Part shown: positions 9,566 through 19,350 of the stretch, in pieces
How the letters are laid out: each line of letters opens with the position of its first letter
Numbering within the stretch: the first letter of the stretch is position 1
Source of the DNA: Hyphomicrobiales bacterium
Lineage (GTDB): Bacteria; Pseudomonadota; Alphaproteobacteria; Rhizobiales; GCA-2746425
DNA: 64,000 bases
Direction: 5' to 3'
NCBI GenBank assembly: GCA_045107035.1
Contig: JBGCFS010000044.1
Coordinates: forward strand, 7,622-71,621
Position numbers and translations under genes: made by a program
Notes under the pieces: model-generated
The model's database searches: none
Told to the model about the DNA's origin: nothing
What the model saw: the letters and a program-made list of their open reading frames with translations, nothing else

Positions 9566-10386
9566 AATGATGCCCCTTCAGGGCTTGATACTGCGCTCGG
9601 CGCTTCGTTTTCGTGCTTGGCAGCCTGCTTGCGGCCAACTCCTAAATAAGCCTCGATCACGCGCTCGTCCTTACGAACTTCTGCGGCAGTGCCTTCCACA
9701 AGAACTTTTCCTTCGGCCATGACAATAACCGGATCGCAAAGTCGGGAAATGAAGGCCATATCGTGCTCAATCATGCAAAACGTGTAGCCACGCTCCTTGT
9801 TGAGACGGATGATTGCATCGCCAATGGTGTTGAGAAGCGTGCGATTAACGCCGGCGCCAACCTCATCGAGGAAGACGATTTTTGCGTCCACCATCATAGT
9901 GCGCCCAAGCTCCAACAGCTTTTTCTGTCCGCCAGACAAATTGCCCGCGCGCTCATCAGCTATGTGGGTAAGATTTAGGAAAGCAAGAACTTCGTCAGCT
10001 TTTTCTCGAAGCTGAGCTTCGCTTGCCTTCACTTCAGTTGGTTTGAACCAAGCGCCAATGAGTGATTCACCAGGCTGGCCAGGTGGCACCATCATCAAAT
10101 TGTCCCTTACTGTCAGGGATGTAAACTCGTGGGCGATTTGAAATGTGCGCAGTAAACCTTTGCTGAACAGTTCATGTGCTGCAAGCCCGGTAATATCTTC
10201 GCCATCCAGCTCAACCTTGCCCGAAGTGGGAGGAAACGCGCCGGCAATGACATTAAAAAGTGTGGTTTTTCCGGCCCCGTTGGGCCCGATCAGTCCGGTA
10301 ATGGTACCGGTTTTGATCTCGATGGAAGCGCCATCGACAGCATGCACGCCGCCGAACCGTTTGTGCAGATCCGTAACTCGGATCAT
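9562..10386 (-). CDS. livG: ABC transporter ATP-binding protein (LivG-like)
   Basis: GPNGAGKTT, LSGGQKKLLE, FLDEVGAG, MIEHDM, VIEAYLG. Confidence 0.88.
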   Translation of the reverse strand: MIRVTDLHKRFGGVHAVDGASIEIKTGTITGLIGPNGAGKTTLFNVIAGAFPPTSGKVELDGEDITGLAAHELFSKGLLRTFQIAHEFTSLTVRDNLMMVPPGQPGESLIGAWFKPTEVKASEAQLREKADEVLAFLNLTHIADERAGNLSGGQKKLLELGRTMMVDAKIVFLDEVGAGVNRTLLNTIGDAIIRLNKERGYTFCMIEHDMAFISRLCDPVIVMAEGKVLVEGTAAEVRKDERVIEAYLGVGRKQAAKHENEAPSAVSSPEGASL

Positions 10387-10430
10387 GGCAACTCCATTCT
10401 GTTGCGGAGTTTAGGGCCTTGCCCTTTGGT

Positions 10431-10470
10431 AAAAGAAGGTGGCCGTCCAATACGATGGACGGTCACCTTC
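10431..10470 (-). terminator. Stem-loop/terminator between the SBP gene and livG
   Basis: GAAGGTGGCCGTCCA-N5-TGGACGGTCACCTTC 15-bp stem, followed by TTTT on the minus strand. Confidence 0.65.
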
Positions 10471-10492
10471 AACTCATGAAAGCCTAAAAAGC

Positions 10493-11686
10493 TTAATGCT
10501 TCTTCACGTCTTTAAGAGCACCGTCAACCAGTTCAAACTCGCGATAAACGCCAGAAGACTCGCCTGGTCCAATCAGTTCAACGCCTGAAGCGCCGACATA
10601 ATCGATATCAGTACCAGCAGCCAAAAGTTCCATTGCCCTAGCTAACTCACCAGCAGCAATTTTCTCGCCTGGTGCGTTCGCGATTTCCATTACTTTGCCT
10701 GCAGCGGCAGAACTAGCTTCGCCGCTAGCGTGCATAGCCAGAAGCAATAGCGCTGCTGCATCGTAGCTTTCACGGACGTAAGGACCATTGATGTCAATGT
10801 CTGCAGCTTTGGTAAGCGCAACGTAGGGATCTTCACCTTCAATTGCAGAACCAGGCAATGTGCCAAACCAAGATTCCAGATCATCACCAAGTGCTTCGAG
10901 CAGGCTGTCTCCATACATGCCATCACCACCAACGAATACGTCGAACGCGCCGGTATCAATGGCTGAGCGCATGACACCCAGTCCGCCTTGATCAATATAG
11001 CCGAGTACGACAAGAGCATCACCACCCGCAGCAGAAAGTGCGCCAACTTCGGCGGAATAGTCACCACGACCATCTTCGTGCGCTGCCGACAATGTTACCT
11101 TGCCACCAATTGCTTGATAGGATGCTACAAAAGCATCAGCAAAGCCCTGGCCATAATCATTGTTTGTAAAAGTAACAGCAACTTCGTCGATGCCGCGATC
11201 TTTAACAACTTGTGCCAAAACAGCACCCTGACGTGCATCAGACGGTGATGTGCGGAAGAATAGGCCATTGTCTTCGATGGATGACAATGCCGGTGACGTA
11301 GCAGATGGCGAAATGGTCAGAACACCCTGCGGAACAGCAACATTGTTCACCACAGCGGTTGTTACGCCGGAACAATCTGGACCAAAGATAGCTGCAACAC
11401 CTTCTGCAGAAAGAAGTCGCTCGGCAGTTGCTGTAGCAGCCGCCGCGTCAATGCAGGTTGAATCTCCGCGAACGGGTGTAACAGTCTTACCGCCCATGAA
11501 AGTGCCGGAATCTGAAATTTCCTTCATAGCGAGCTCTGCTGAAGCTCCCATAGCAGGTGTAATAGATTCAAGTGGACCAGAGAAACCGAGGATCACACCA
11601 ATTTTGATCTCGTGACCATCGGCAAAAGCAGTAGTCGCGGACATCAGAGCAACAGTGCTCAGTCCGGCAAGAAGGATATTTTTCAT
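10493..11686 (-). CDS. ABC transporter substrate-binding protein (LivK/LivJ-like, PBP type 1)
   Basis: Signal peptide; IKIGVILGFSG, ISPSATSPALS, FFRTSPSDARQG, NNDYGQG; first gene of the liv-like operon. Confidence 0.85.
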   Translation of the reverse strand: MKNILLAGLSTVALMSATTAFADGHEIKIGVILGFSGPLESITPAMGASAELAMKEISDSGTFMGGKTVTPVRGDSTCIDAAAATATAERLLSAEGVAAIFGPDCSGVTTAVVNNVAVPQGVLTISPSATSPALSSIEDNGLFFRTSPSDARQGAVLAQVVKDRGIDEVAVTFTNNDYGQGFADAFVASYQAIGGKVTLSAAHEDGRGDYSAEVGALSAAGGDALVVLGYIDQGGLGVMRSAIDTGAFDVFVGGDGMYGDSLLEALGDDLESWFGTLPGSAIEGEDPYVALTKAADIDINGPYVRESYDAAALLLLAMHASGEASSAAAGKVMEIANAPGEKIAAGELARAMELLAAGTDIDYVGASGVELIGPGESSGVYREFELVDGALKDVKKH

Positions 11687-12238
11687 TTTATATTTCCCCT
11701 GTTAGATCGACACGCCTTGTCGAGCTAGACGCATCTTTTACGCTTTAATATATGATCCCTGCCGATACAACGCATTCAAACAAGCGCTTTTTATCAACAT
11801 CCCCAAGGTAACCATCTTTTCATCGTCAATCAAAACAGATTTTAGCAACTTAGGAAATAAAAAATGCTGGATGCTGCACCAATAGTGGCAAAATAATGGT
11901 TTAATCCTCGTTGAAATTCCGGCGAGTGCTTTGTCACGACTCGAGCAGACCTTTGTGGATTTAGCCAACTTGAAGACAATACCCCCGACAAGCTGGAACA
12001 CAAAATAACGGCTAAATTTTACGATATTTATAGTTTTGTTGGCAGCGTAATCTTGCAAAATCTCTACTTTGCAGAGCATCGGTTCGCAGTCATTGCCTGC
12101 CGGCAACACTAAAATCTCCGGCTGGAGGGCAAGGCCTCATAGCCCCACGAAACTATAAAATGTTGATTTTGAAATTTTCTCGGCGGCACATTTTTCGGCT
12201 GCTGTGTATCCCTATTGGCAATTTTCAACGGGCCCGGA

Positions 12239-12862
12239 TCATTTCGAAATGGTTTTTTGATCCTTGTTGTAATGCTCCAGAGAGTTTTGTTCTGCGTGTT
12301 CGGCGGAAAAGAACCCTGGTGTTGACCAATTTGGCGCACCGCCGACAAAGAGTTCAAAAAAACCAATTGCAGTCGAGGCGTCCTGAGCGGCGTTTTCCTT
12401 AAACGACCACCATGTCTTGATATCGTCAACACGAGGAGATGGCTCGCAAATAATGCCGAACTCTTGTTCAAACACCATGGCCCGAACATCGATGCAGAAC
12501 ATGAGGTAGATATAACCATCAGGCCAAAAATGGGCTGGTTGTTCTTTATCTGAACTTTCAAGCTCCCGCAAAACACTCAAAGGCCGACCTTGGATCAACT
12601 CACGGAGCATAGTTGCCGCAGCAAATGTGGTGTAGTTGGCTTTTTGTTCCGGATCAGATGGCTTTTGAGCTTCGAACACCTGAACCCAATTTAGAAACAC
12701 CTCACGTATTTTGTCTTCATCAACCTTGAAGGAAAAGCCGGTTTTGGCCTCGCATGTTTTTACTTGCTCATTGAAAGCCTTGAAAAACCAACGCATCCTG
12801 CGCGCAGCACGGCGCACAGGCGTAACACTCTCATCTGTTTTTTTGGTTACAAGCGGGTTCAA
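12239..12862 (-). CDS. Hypothetical protein, last gene of the sugar ABC/pfkB operon
   Basis: 207 aa, protein-like composition, aromatic motifs FWPDGY and TWWSFKEN; 15 nt gap from the upstream gene. Confidence 0.75.
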   Translation of the reverse strand: MNPLVTKKTDESVTPVRRAARRMRWFFKAFNEQVKTCEAKTGFSFKVDEDKIREVFLNWVQVFEAQKPSDPEQKANYTTFAAATMLRELIQGRPLSVLRELESSDKEQPAHFWPDGYIYLMFCIDVRAMVFEQEFGIICEPSPRVDDIKTWWSFKENAAQDASTAIGFFELFVGGAPNWSTPGFFSAEHAEQNSLEHYNKDQKTISK

Positions 12863-12877
12863 CTCACCATCTCTTGG

Positions 12878-13609
12878 TCAAATGATTTTCAAGTAGTAAT
12901 CGAATAGTTGCTCCAATGCAGAAACATCTGATTGCGCGGAAAAAATATCCAACTTTTTACTTTTAGCGACCCGACAACAGTGAGACAGCAGCTCTTCTTC
13001 CGAAGTGGTTTCAATTCTGGGCACCAAAAGCCAAAGAACAGTCGCAAAATAGGCTGCAAAGACGTTTGCTTGATCGCTCTCATCGGTAATTACGTTGAAA
13101 CCCGGCGGTACACCGCACACCTTCTGGTCAGCGAAGAGATTAAACAATTCCACGCATCTTTGTGCTGAAGATTTGTCGCTGCCTACGTTCTTAAATTGCT
13201 CCATGCAAGAACGGCAAATGTACTCGCTAATGAACGGGTTGGTTTCGCCGAAGGATTCCAGCGCAAACACCAAGCCAGCCTTCGCAGCGTTTGCACATTT
13301 TGAAACATCAACAATGCTGGTCATCAAACCTGTTGCGTCAAACAAAGAGGAATCAGGTAGCTTATTTGGTCCGAAGGAACCGCCAATTGACTTTCGGGAC
13401 ATCAGCTCAACTTCGGAAGATAGCTTATCAGCTTTGCGAAGGAGCCCAGAGGCTGCAGAACCAAGAGGTTCCGGCATGTTTGCCGAGACAAACATGTGAC
13501 CGACCCGACGCGCGCCGAACCTAAGCCCTCTAAATGCATCTCTCATCAGAACGCCGGGAAGTCGAGTTGGGTTTGTTTGCTTTTCCATTATCGAAAACAC
13601 GCCTTTCAT
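12878..13609 (-). CDS. Hypothetical protein
   Basis: 243 aa ORF co-oriented and tightly spaced after pfkB (10 nt gap); no family recognised. Confidence 0.7.
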   Translation of the reverse strand: MKGVFSIMEKQTNPTRLPGVLMRDAFRGLRFGARRVGHMFVSANMPEPLGSAASGLLRKADKLSSEVELMSRKSIGGSFGPNKLPDSSLFDATGLMTSIVDVSKCANAAKAGLVFALESFGETNPFISEYICRSCMEQFKNVGSDKSSAQRCVELFNLFADQKVCGVPPGFNVITDESDQANVFAAYFATVLWLLVPRIETTSEEELLSHCCRVAKSKKLDIFSAQSDVSALEQLFDYYLKII

Positions 13610-13619
13610 TATCAGGCTA

Positions 13620-14561
13620 TCATTTCGTTGGCGTGTTTTCCATAAAATTCAATGTGGATTTGAGATCTGTCACAACAGCCTGCGATCCAAGGCCCATAGC
13701 ATTTTGAGCTGATGATGCCTGCGCAAGACGCACACAATCTTCCGGAGACATGTCCAAATGCAATCCAGTGGCAAAGCCTGCGTTAAAGCAGTCTCCACAG
13801 CCACATGTGCACACCACGTCAATATCGAATGCCGGAATATCAAAGCGCTCACCAGAATTATGACGGTACATCGCACCCAATTCTCCAAGGGTTAGAATGA
13901 CGCAACCGGCCCCTTTGGTTAAAAGATCGTCTGCAATCGCATCGAAATCACTCAGCCCAGTGAGGGCCATTGCTTCTTCTTCAGACGGCATGAAATAGTC
14001 TGTATAGGGCAGAAGCGGTTCAATGAGCCGAAGATCTTCCTTGGTAGATGCGAACACATCCAGCGTTGTAATGCAGCCTCTGGCTTTGGCTTCTTGCAAA
14101 ACTTCTCCGGTGCGCCCCTTATCCATTGCGTCCATCAGGCCAACACCTCCTACATGGAGGATTTTTGTATCCAGTACCTGATCAACCAATTCATCAGAGA
14201 TATAAAAGCCTCCGGTTGCGCCCTTTTTATGAAGCGCAGGACGTGCCCCATTCGGCCGGGTCGTAACGATTGACGATGACGTTGTGAAGCCTGGACACAG
14301 CTGCATATTTGAAGTGTCGATCTGGAAGCTGGACAGCTTTTGCAGCACCCAGTCGCCCATGTCATCTTCGCCAACACCGCCAACAGCCTGAACCTTCAAG
14401 CCATGCTTGGCAGCGATAATGGACGCGCTTCCAGCCGCGCCGGATACGGCCAACGTCAACTCATCGATGAAATAGGTATCTCCGTTTGGCGGTATGTCAT
14501 TCACAGGTCGACCAAGGCAGTCAAACGTATAAAAACCAATGGATGTGTAATCAAACTTCAT
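13620..14561 (-). CDS. PfkB/ribokinase-family carbohydrate kinase
   Basis: GAAGSASI, VGGVGEDDMG, VILTLGELGA and the anion-hole motif variant CTCGCGDCFNAGF (canonical DTxGAGD). Confidence 0.88.
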   Translation of the reverse strand: MKFDYTSIGFYTFDCLGRPVNDIPPNGDTYFIDELTLAVSGAAGSASIIAAKHGLKVQAVGGVGEDDMGDWVLQKLSSFQIDTSNMQLCPGFTTSSSIVTTRPNGARPALHKKGATGGFYISDELVDQVLDTKILHVGGVGLMDAMDKGRTGEVLQEAKARGCITTLDVFASTKEDLRLIEPLLPYTDYFMPSEEEAMALTGLSDFDAIADDLLTKGAGCVILTLGELGAMYRHNSGERFDIPAFDIDVVCTCGCGDCFNAGFATGLHLDMSPEDCVRLAQASSAQNAMGLGSQAVVTDLKSTLNFMENTPTK

Positions 14562-14566
14562 AGCTG

Positions 14567-15622
14567 CTACCTAATTCTTTCACCACTCTCAGCGTCGAAG
14601 AAATAGAGCCTGCTTTCATCAAAGACAATGTTTTCAGCAGCTCCCAGATCCGCACGGTAGTCTCTGGCAGCTTTAACTTCAAAGTTCTCGCCATCGAGGC
14701 GAATGGTCAAATAGGTCATGTCGCCAGTTGGTTCCACACCATATACCGAGCCGCGCAAATGGGGCTCTTCCCCGTTTTTCGCCAAGTGGCAGTCTTCAGG
14801 ACGGATGCCTAGTTTCGTTCGGCCAGTGAAGCCAATTTTTAAATCTGGAATTCTAATTCCTTCAGCGACAAAAACCCCATCTTGAATTTCGCCGCTAACG
14901 ATGTTCATCGGTGGCGAGCCGATAAACGCTGCAACAAATGTATTGGCAGGGTCGGAGTATATTTCATCTGGCGTGCCGATTTGTTGAATTGCACCGGAAT
15001 CCATGATGACAATTCGGTCGGCCAATGTGAGTGCTTCAATTTGGTCATGGGTCACGTACACAGACGTGATCTTTAACTGGCGTTGCAGATGTTTGATCTG
15101 GATCCGCATGGCCTGGCGTAACTTAGCGTCCAAATTGGACAAAGGTTCATCCATCAAAAACACCTGAGGCTGTCGCACCACGGCGCGGGCAAGAGCTGCA
15201 CGCTGGCGTTGCCCGCCAGACAGTGCGCCAGGTTTGCGATCAAGGTAATCGCCCATTTCCACCATATCTGCTGCGCGTCTTACCAGCTCGTCTTGGTCTT
15301 GTTTTGGAACACCGCGCATGCGCAATGGAAAACGAATATTCTCGTAGATCGACATGTTGGGGTAAAGCGCGTAGCCCTGAAACACCATGGCAACATCTCG
15401 ATCGCGCGCATCGATATCGTTCATATATTCACCGTCCATCAGGATTTCGCCTTCGGACGGATCTTCAAGACCCGCGATCATTCTCATGGTTGTTGTTTTG
15501 CCACAGCCGGAGGGGCCAAGAAGTACGAGAAATTCTTCATCCGCAATATCGATATTGACATCGCGAACACCGTAGATCTGGCCCCATTTTTTTTGAATAT
15601 TCTTGAGTTGAATACGAGCCAT
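14567..15622 (-). CDS. Sugar ABC transporter ATP-binding protein (MalK/UgpC-like)
   Basis: GPSGCGKTT, VFQGYALYP, LSGGQRQR, MDEPLSNLDAKLR, YVTHDQIEA. Confidence 0.92.
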   Translation of the reverse strand: MARIQLKNIQKKWGQIYGVRDVNIDIADEEFLVLLGPSGCGKTTTMRMIAGLEDPSEGEILMDGEYMNDIDARDRDVAMVFQGYALYPNMSIYENIRFPLRMRGVPKQDQDELVRRAADMVEMGDYLDRKPGALSGGQRQRAALARAVVRQPQVFLMDEPLSNLDAKLRQAMRIQIKHLQRQLKITSVYVTHDQIEALTLADRIVIMDSGAIQQIGTPDEIYSDPANTFVAAFIGSPPMNIVSGEIQDGVFVAEGIRIPDLKIGFTGRTKLGIRPEDCHLAKNGEEPHLRGSVYGVEPTGDMTYLTIRLDGENFEVKAARDYRADLGAAENIVFDESRLYFFDAESGERIR

Positions 15623-15626
15623 CGAT

Positions 15627-16469
15627 TTACCCTTTAACTGCGCCCATGGTCAGACCACGAGACAGATGTTTTTGAATTAGTAGAACCACAATGAACACAG
15701 GCAAGAAAGCGAGGAACGACACGAGCGCTATCGCGTTGTAAATGACGCCATCTGAGCCGCCAGTGAAATTGGCGAGTGCCACGGACATTGTGTAAGCATT
15801 TGGTGTGGATGCGATCAGGAGTGTGAACAGGAACTCGTTGATTGCAAAAATCATCGCGATCACAGCCGCAGTAATAATACCGGGCAAGATTGCAGGTGTA
15901 ATGATTTCCCACAGAATCCGCATGTCGCTTGCGCCATCGGTGCGGGCAGCATCTTCAAGTTCCTTTGGGATGTCCAACATGTAAGAGCGGATAATCCATG
16001 TCACGATAGACAAATTGATAGCTGCATAGACCAACATCAAAGCCCAGACACTATCGAGAAGCCCCATGTTGCGGAACAAAAAGAAGATGGGTATCGCTAC
16101 AATGGCAGGCGCCATCATGCGGGTTGAAAGAATGTAGAAACCGATGTCGTCCCGGCCCCGATATTCATAGCGTGCCAGTGAATATGCCGCGGGAATTGCA
16201 AGCACCAGATCAATCACAACTGAACCGAAAATAGCGGCTACGGAGTTGAGAAGATATTGTGCCATGGGCCAGTCTTCCCAAATCATCCTCCAAGCTTCTA
16301 GCGAAAACGTTGGGAAATAAACTGGTTGCGGAGTGATGATTTCAATACGCGGGCGCAGACCTATGCTTAGGAACCATAAAACAGGCATGAGGCAGAATAG
16401 CGCCCAGGCTCCAAGTATTAGATATCGGATGAATAGGTTTTCACCGCGAGACTTGCGTACAGATGCCAT
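15627..16469 (-). CDS. Carbohydrate ABC transporter permease (MalG-like)
   Basis: 6-TM permease with EAA loop IPKELEDAARTDGA. Confidence 0.9.
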   Translation of the reverse strand: MASVRKSRGENLFIRYLILGAWALFCLMPVLWFLSIGLRPRIEIITPQPVYFPTFSLEAWRMIWEDWPMAQYLLNSVAAIFGSVVIDLVLAIPAAYSLARYEYRGRDDIGFYILSTRMMAPAIVAIPIFFLFRNMGLLDSVWALMLVYAAINLSIVTWIIRSYMLDIPKELEDAARTDGASDMRILWEIITPAILPGIITAAVIAMIFAINEFLFTLLIASTPNAYTMSVALANFTGGSDGVIYNAIALVSFLAFLPVFIVVLLIQKHLSRGLTMGAVKG

Positions 16470-16472
16470 GGT

Positions 16473-17396
16473 CTAAGCCCTCGAAGACACAAATGCTCGT
16501 TTGACCACCATTTGCGCAACGACAATTGTGATAATGAGCATTATGACAGACGCTGCTGAAGCGTAGCCAAAGTTGAAAAATTTAAAGCCGGTTCGGTAGA
16601 TGAAATAGCTGATTGTTTCCGTGCCGAAGGCTGGACCACCTTTGGTGATGATGAAGACATTGGCGAACATTGTCGTAATGTCGATAGCGCGAAGCACGAG
16701 CGCCACAGCAATGACAGGCTTCATCAATGGTAACGAGATGTTCCAGAAAATCTTTGGCCAGGTCGCACCATCAAGGCGCGCTGCTTCCTCAACTTCTTCA
16801 TCTTGACCTTGCAATCCGGCCACAAAAATAATGAAGAGAAATGGAGTCCACTGCCACACATCCGCGACGATCAACAAAAACCTGCTCATCCAGATCGACG
16901 ATTGAATGGCAAGGTTGCTATCGATCAGGCCAATTCGCATCAGCACGTCAGAAATCACCCGCGCATCGAGAAAGAAAAGCTTGTAAATGAAAGCCACAGC
17001 TGAAGGCATGAACAGCATGGGGACGAGAAATATGATGCGCCAGCCTTTAACCCAAGGGTCGCGGTAGGCGTAGTAGGCCAAGGTCAGAGCAATAACACAC
17101 TGTAGCGCAAGCGATATGGAACCTATGATGAGTGTGTTACCCATCGCCCCCCAGAACTGATAGTCGTTCCAAAGCTCGGAGTAATTCTGGAACCCGACGT
17201 AGTTCCAAGGCCCAAACTTAACCGCATGGAAGCTTTGAACAACCGCGTAAATTCCGGGATAAAGCGTTATCATCAGGAGATAGAGGACTGCCGGAGCAAC
17301 GAGCAAATAAGGAAACCACGCTTTCAGCCTTTTGCTTCGGCGCTTGAACCTGCGTTGACGCTGGGTCCCCGATATCGGTTGGGGTGCTTGTGTCAT
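16473..17396 (-). CDS. Carbohydrate ABC transporter permease (MalF-like)
   Basis: WQWTPF, EAA loop EEAARLDGA, TKGGPAFGTET, GYASAASV. Confidence 0.9.
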   Translation of the reverse strand: MTQAPQPISGTQRQRRFKRRSKRLKAWFPYLLVAPAVLYLLMITLYPGIYAVVQSFHAVKFGPWNYVGFQNYSELWNDYQFWGAMGNTLIIGSISLALQCVIALTLAYYAYRDPWVKGWRIIFLVPMLFMPSAVAFIYKLFFLDARVISDVLMRIGLIDSNLAIQSSIWMSRFLLIVADVWQWTPFLFIIFVAGLQGQDEEVEEAARLDGATWPKIFWNISLPLMKPVIAVALVLRAIDITTMFANVFIITKGGPAFGTETISYFIYRTGFKFFNFGYASAASVIMLIITIVVAQMVVKRAFVSSRA

Positions 17397-17425
17397 ATCT
17401 TTGTTCCAACCTGACTCTAAAGAAC

Positions 17426-17452
17426 GGTGCCCGAGACATTGCCCCGGGCACC
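17426..17452 (-). terminator. Stem-loop downstream of the sugar SBP gene
   Basis: GGTGCCCG-N11-CGGGCACC inverted repeat between SBP and permease. Confidence 0.5.
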
Positions 17453-17482
17453 AATTGCACTTGGGAGGAAATCCTCAGTAGG

Positions 17483-19066
17483 TTAGAATGGCAAATCTTT
17501 GCCTTCGCCTACATAAAGACCAGGTGCTGCTGCTGCGTATTCCACAGGATCTTTACCCTGATAGAATCCGTTGCTTGCCATGATTTTGCGCACGCCAGCG
17601 GCAGCGTTGTCCATAGCTTCTTTCGCAGTGATCTGACCAACAACAGCCCGGTTGATCTCGTTACCAATGGCTTGTTCGATTGGGAACGCACCTGGCAAAC
17701 GAGGAGCACACCATGCGTGGTCAAGGCTTTTGCCCCAAACTTCAGCAGGTTGTGAAACCGCTTGTAGATCTTTGTTGGAAAGAACCGAACGATAACCCGG
17801 AGCAACACCGTTTGCATTGGCTTCGTTCATTGCCATGATTGAAGACGTTGTCAGGAATGCCAACATCAAGAAGGCACCTTCTGGATTTTGTGCAGACGCT
17901 GCGACCACGGATGTAGATCCAGCAATGTTTGGTGGAGCAAAACGCCCACCAGAGATGCGAGGCTCATAGATTGTGACAAAGTCATCAACGATCTGAGACT
18001 GATCTGGACGCATGGCTTGCGTGCCAGAATCCTGCCAGCTGATATTCGTCGCAACCTGTCCGCCGAGCCATGCAGCGCGATTTTCCGGCCAACCAGCTCC
18101 AGCATGGCCTTCATTGGCATTCTTAGCGAGATCGAGGATGATCTCCATGCCTTTCATGCCAGCGTCGCCGTTGAAAATTGGTTCCCAGTTTTCATCGAAC
18201 AACATCATACCAGCTTGAGCGGCAATGTGCTCCCAGGTGTAAGTTGACCAGAAGCCAGGAGCCGCCATCATGCCCACGCCGGAAACGCCCGGCTCAATCT
18301 TGTTAAGCTCTCCAGATACGCGGATCAGCTCATCATAGGTTGGAATGGAGTTTACCTTATCGACTTCACCACCAAGTAGTTGCTCCATGTACTTCTTACG
18401 AACGTGAACCATTTGGATGTCACAATCGAAAGGAATGCCGTACATTTTGCCGTTGAAGAAACCATAGTTCAAACGGTAAGTGTCATAGAAGTCATCGAGT
18501 GGAAGCGTCCACTTTTTAGCCAGCTCATCCAGTTCATAGAGGAAACCAGGCGCAGCAAAATCACCTAGCCAAGGTGAGAAGAATTGCAATGCATCAAAGC
18601 TTGCATTGCCGGAAATGAACTCAGCAATCGCTTTATCATAAAGGCTATCATCTGGAATTGGGACAAGCTCAACTTTAATGCCTGAAAGTTCTTCAAATGG
18701 CTTCAAGCCTTCGGCAGCGGATTCACGATCGGCAGCGCCAATTGCAAAACGAACTGTTTTACCTGATTGGGCTTTTCTTACTGCTTCCCAATCAACCGTA
18801 CGAATCCAATCCTTGTTAGGATCCCAAATTGGATCTCCACTCATATTGTACAGTTTTTGATAATCTTCACGCACATATTTTGTGACGTTGATATCATCCA
18901 AAATTGCCTGCGGGTCGCGCATTTGGGCGAAACCTTTGGAGACGAACGGTGATGAAATAGATAGCGCTGCTCCGGCCGCGCCTACAGCAGCTGTGTTGCG
19001 CAAGAATGACCGGCGAGAGACATTTCGCGACTTTGGTGTCGCTTGTTTGGGTATTCGATACATCAA
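17483..19066 (-). CDS. Tat-exported sugar ABC transporter substrate-binding protein (family 1)
   Basis: Twin-arginine signal SRRSFLR; 527 aa; YGIPFDCD, IAGSTSVV, NPEGAFLMLAFL. Confidence 0.85.
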   Translation of the reverse strand: MMYRIPKQATPKSRNVSRRSFLRNTAAVGAAGAALSISSPFVSKGFAQMRDPQAILDDINVTKYVREDYQKLYNMSGDPIWDPNKDWIRTVDWEAVRKAQSGKTVRFAIGAADRESAAEGLKPFEELSGIKVELVPIPDDSLYDKAIAEFISGNASFDALQFFSPWLGDFAAPGFLYELDELAKKWTLPLDDFYDTYRLNYGFFNGKMYGIPFDCDIQMVHVRKKYMEQLLGGEVDKVNSIPTYDELIRVSGELNKIEPGVSGVGMMAAPGFWSTYTWEHIAAQAGMMLFDENWEPIFNGDAGMKGMEIILDLAKNANEGHAGAGWPENRAAWLGGQVATNISWQDSGTQAMRPDQSQIVDDFVTIYEPRISGGRFAPPNIAGSTSVVAASAQNPEGAFLMLAFLTTSSIMAMNEANANGVAPGYRSVLSNKDLQAVSQPAEVWGKSLDHAWCAPRLPGAFPIEQAIGNEINRAVVGQITAKEAMDNAAAGVRKIMASNGFYQGKDPVEYAAAAPGLYVGEGKDLPF

Positions 19067-19350
19067 TACTTCCTCCTATTAGACGAAAAAAGGAAGGACG
19101 GCATTCGCCAATGCATAGCGACGCGAATACGAGTCGAGTGTGAACTCAAAATTTTCTGAGTCAAGTTTGCAAATCCTCCCAAGATGGCACTTCGTAACTT
19201 GCACAAAGTGTCATATTCCAATACTAATGTTCAAACATACGCGACTGTCAACCCTATTTTAGCTCAAAATACAGAATATTGATGTACATTTGTGTTGACA
19301 CAATATCAAATGTTCGAGATATTCGAGATAGTCTTCGGAGGAGAGTATAA

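Noticed and set aside
11738-12109. 123-aa minus-strand ORF in the livK upstream region
   Set aside because: TTG start, no RBS, atypical composition, and it covers the probable livK promoter region; likely spurious.
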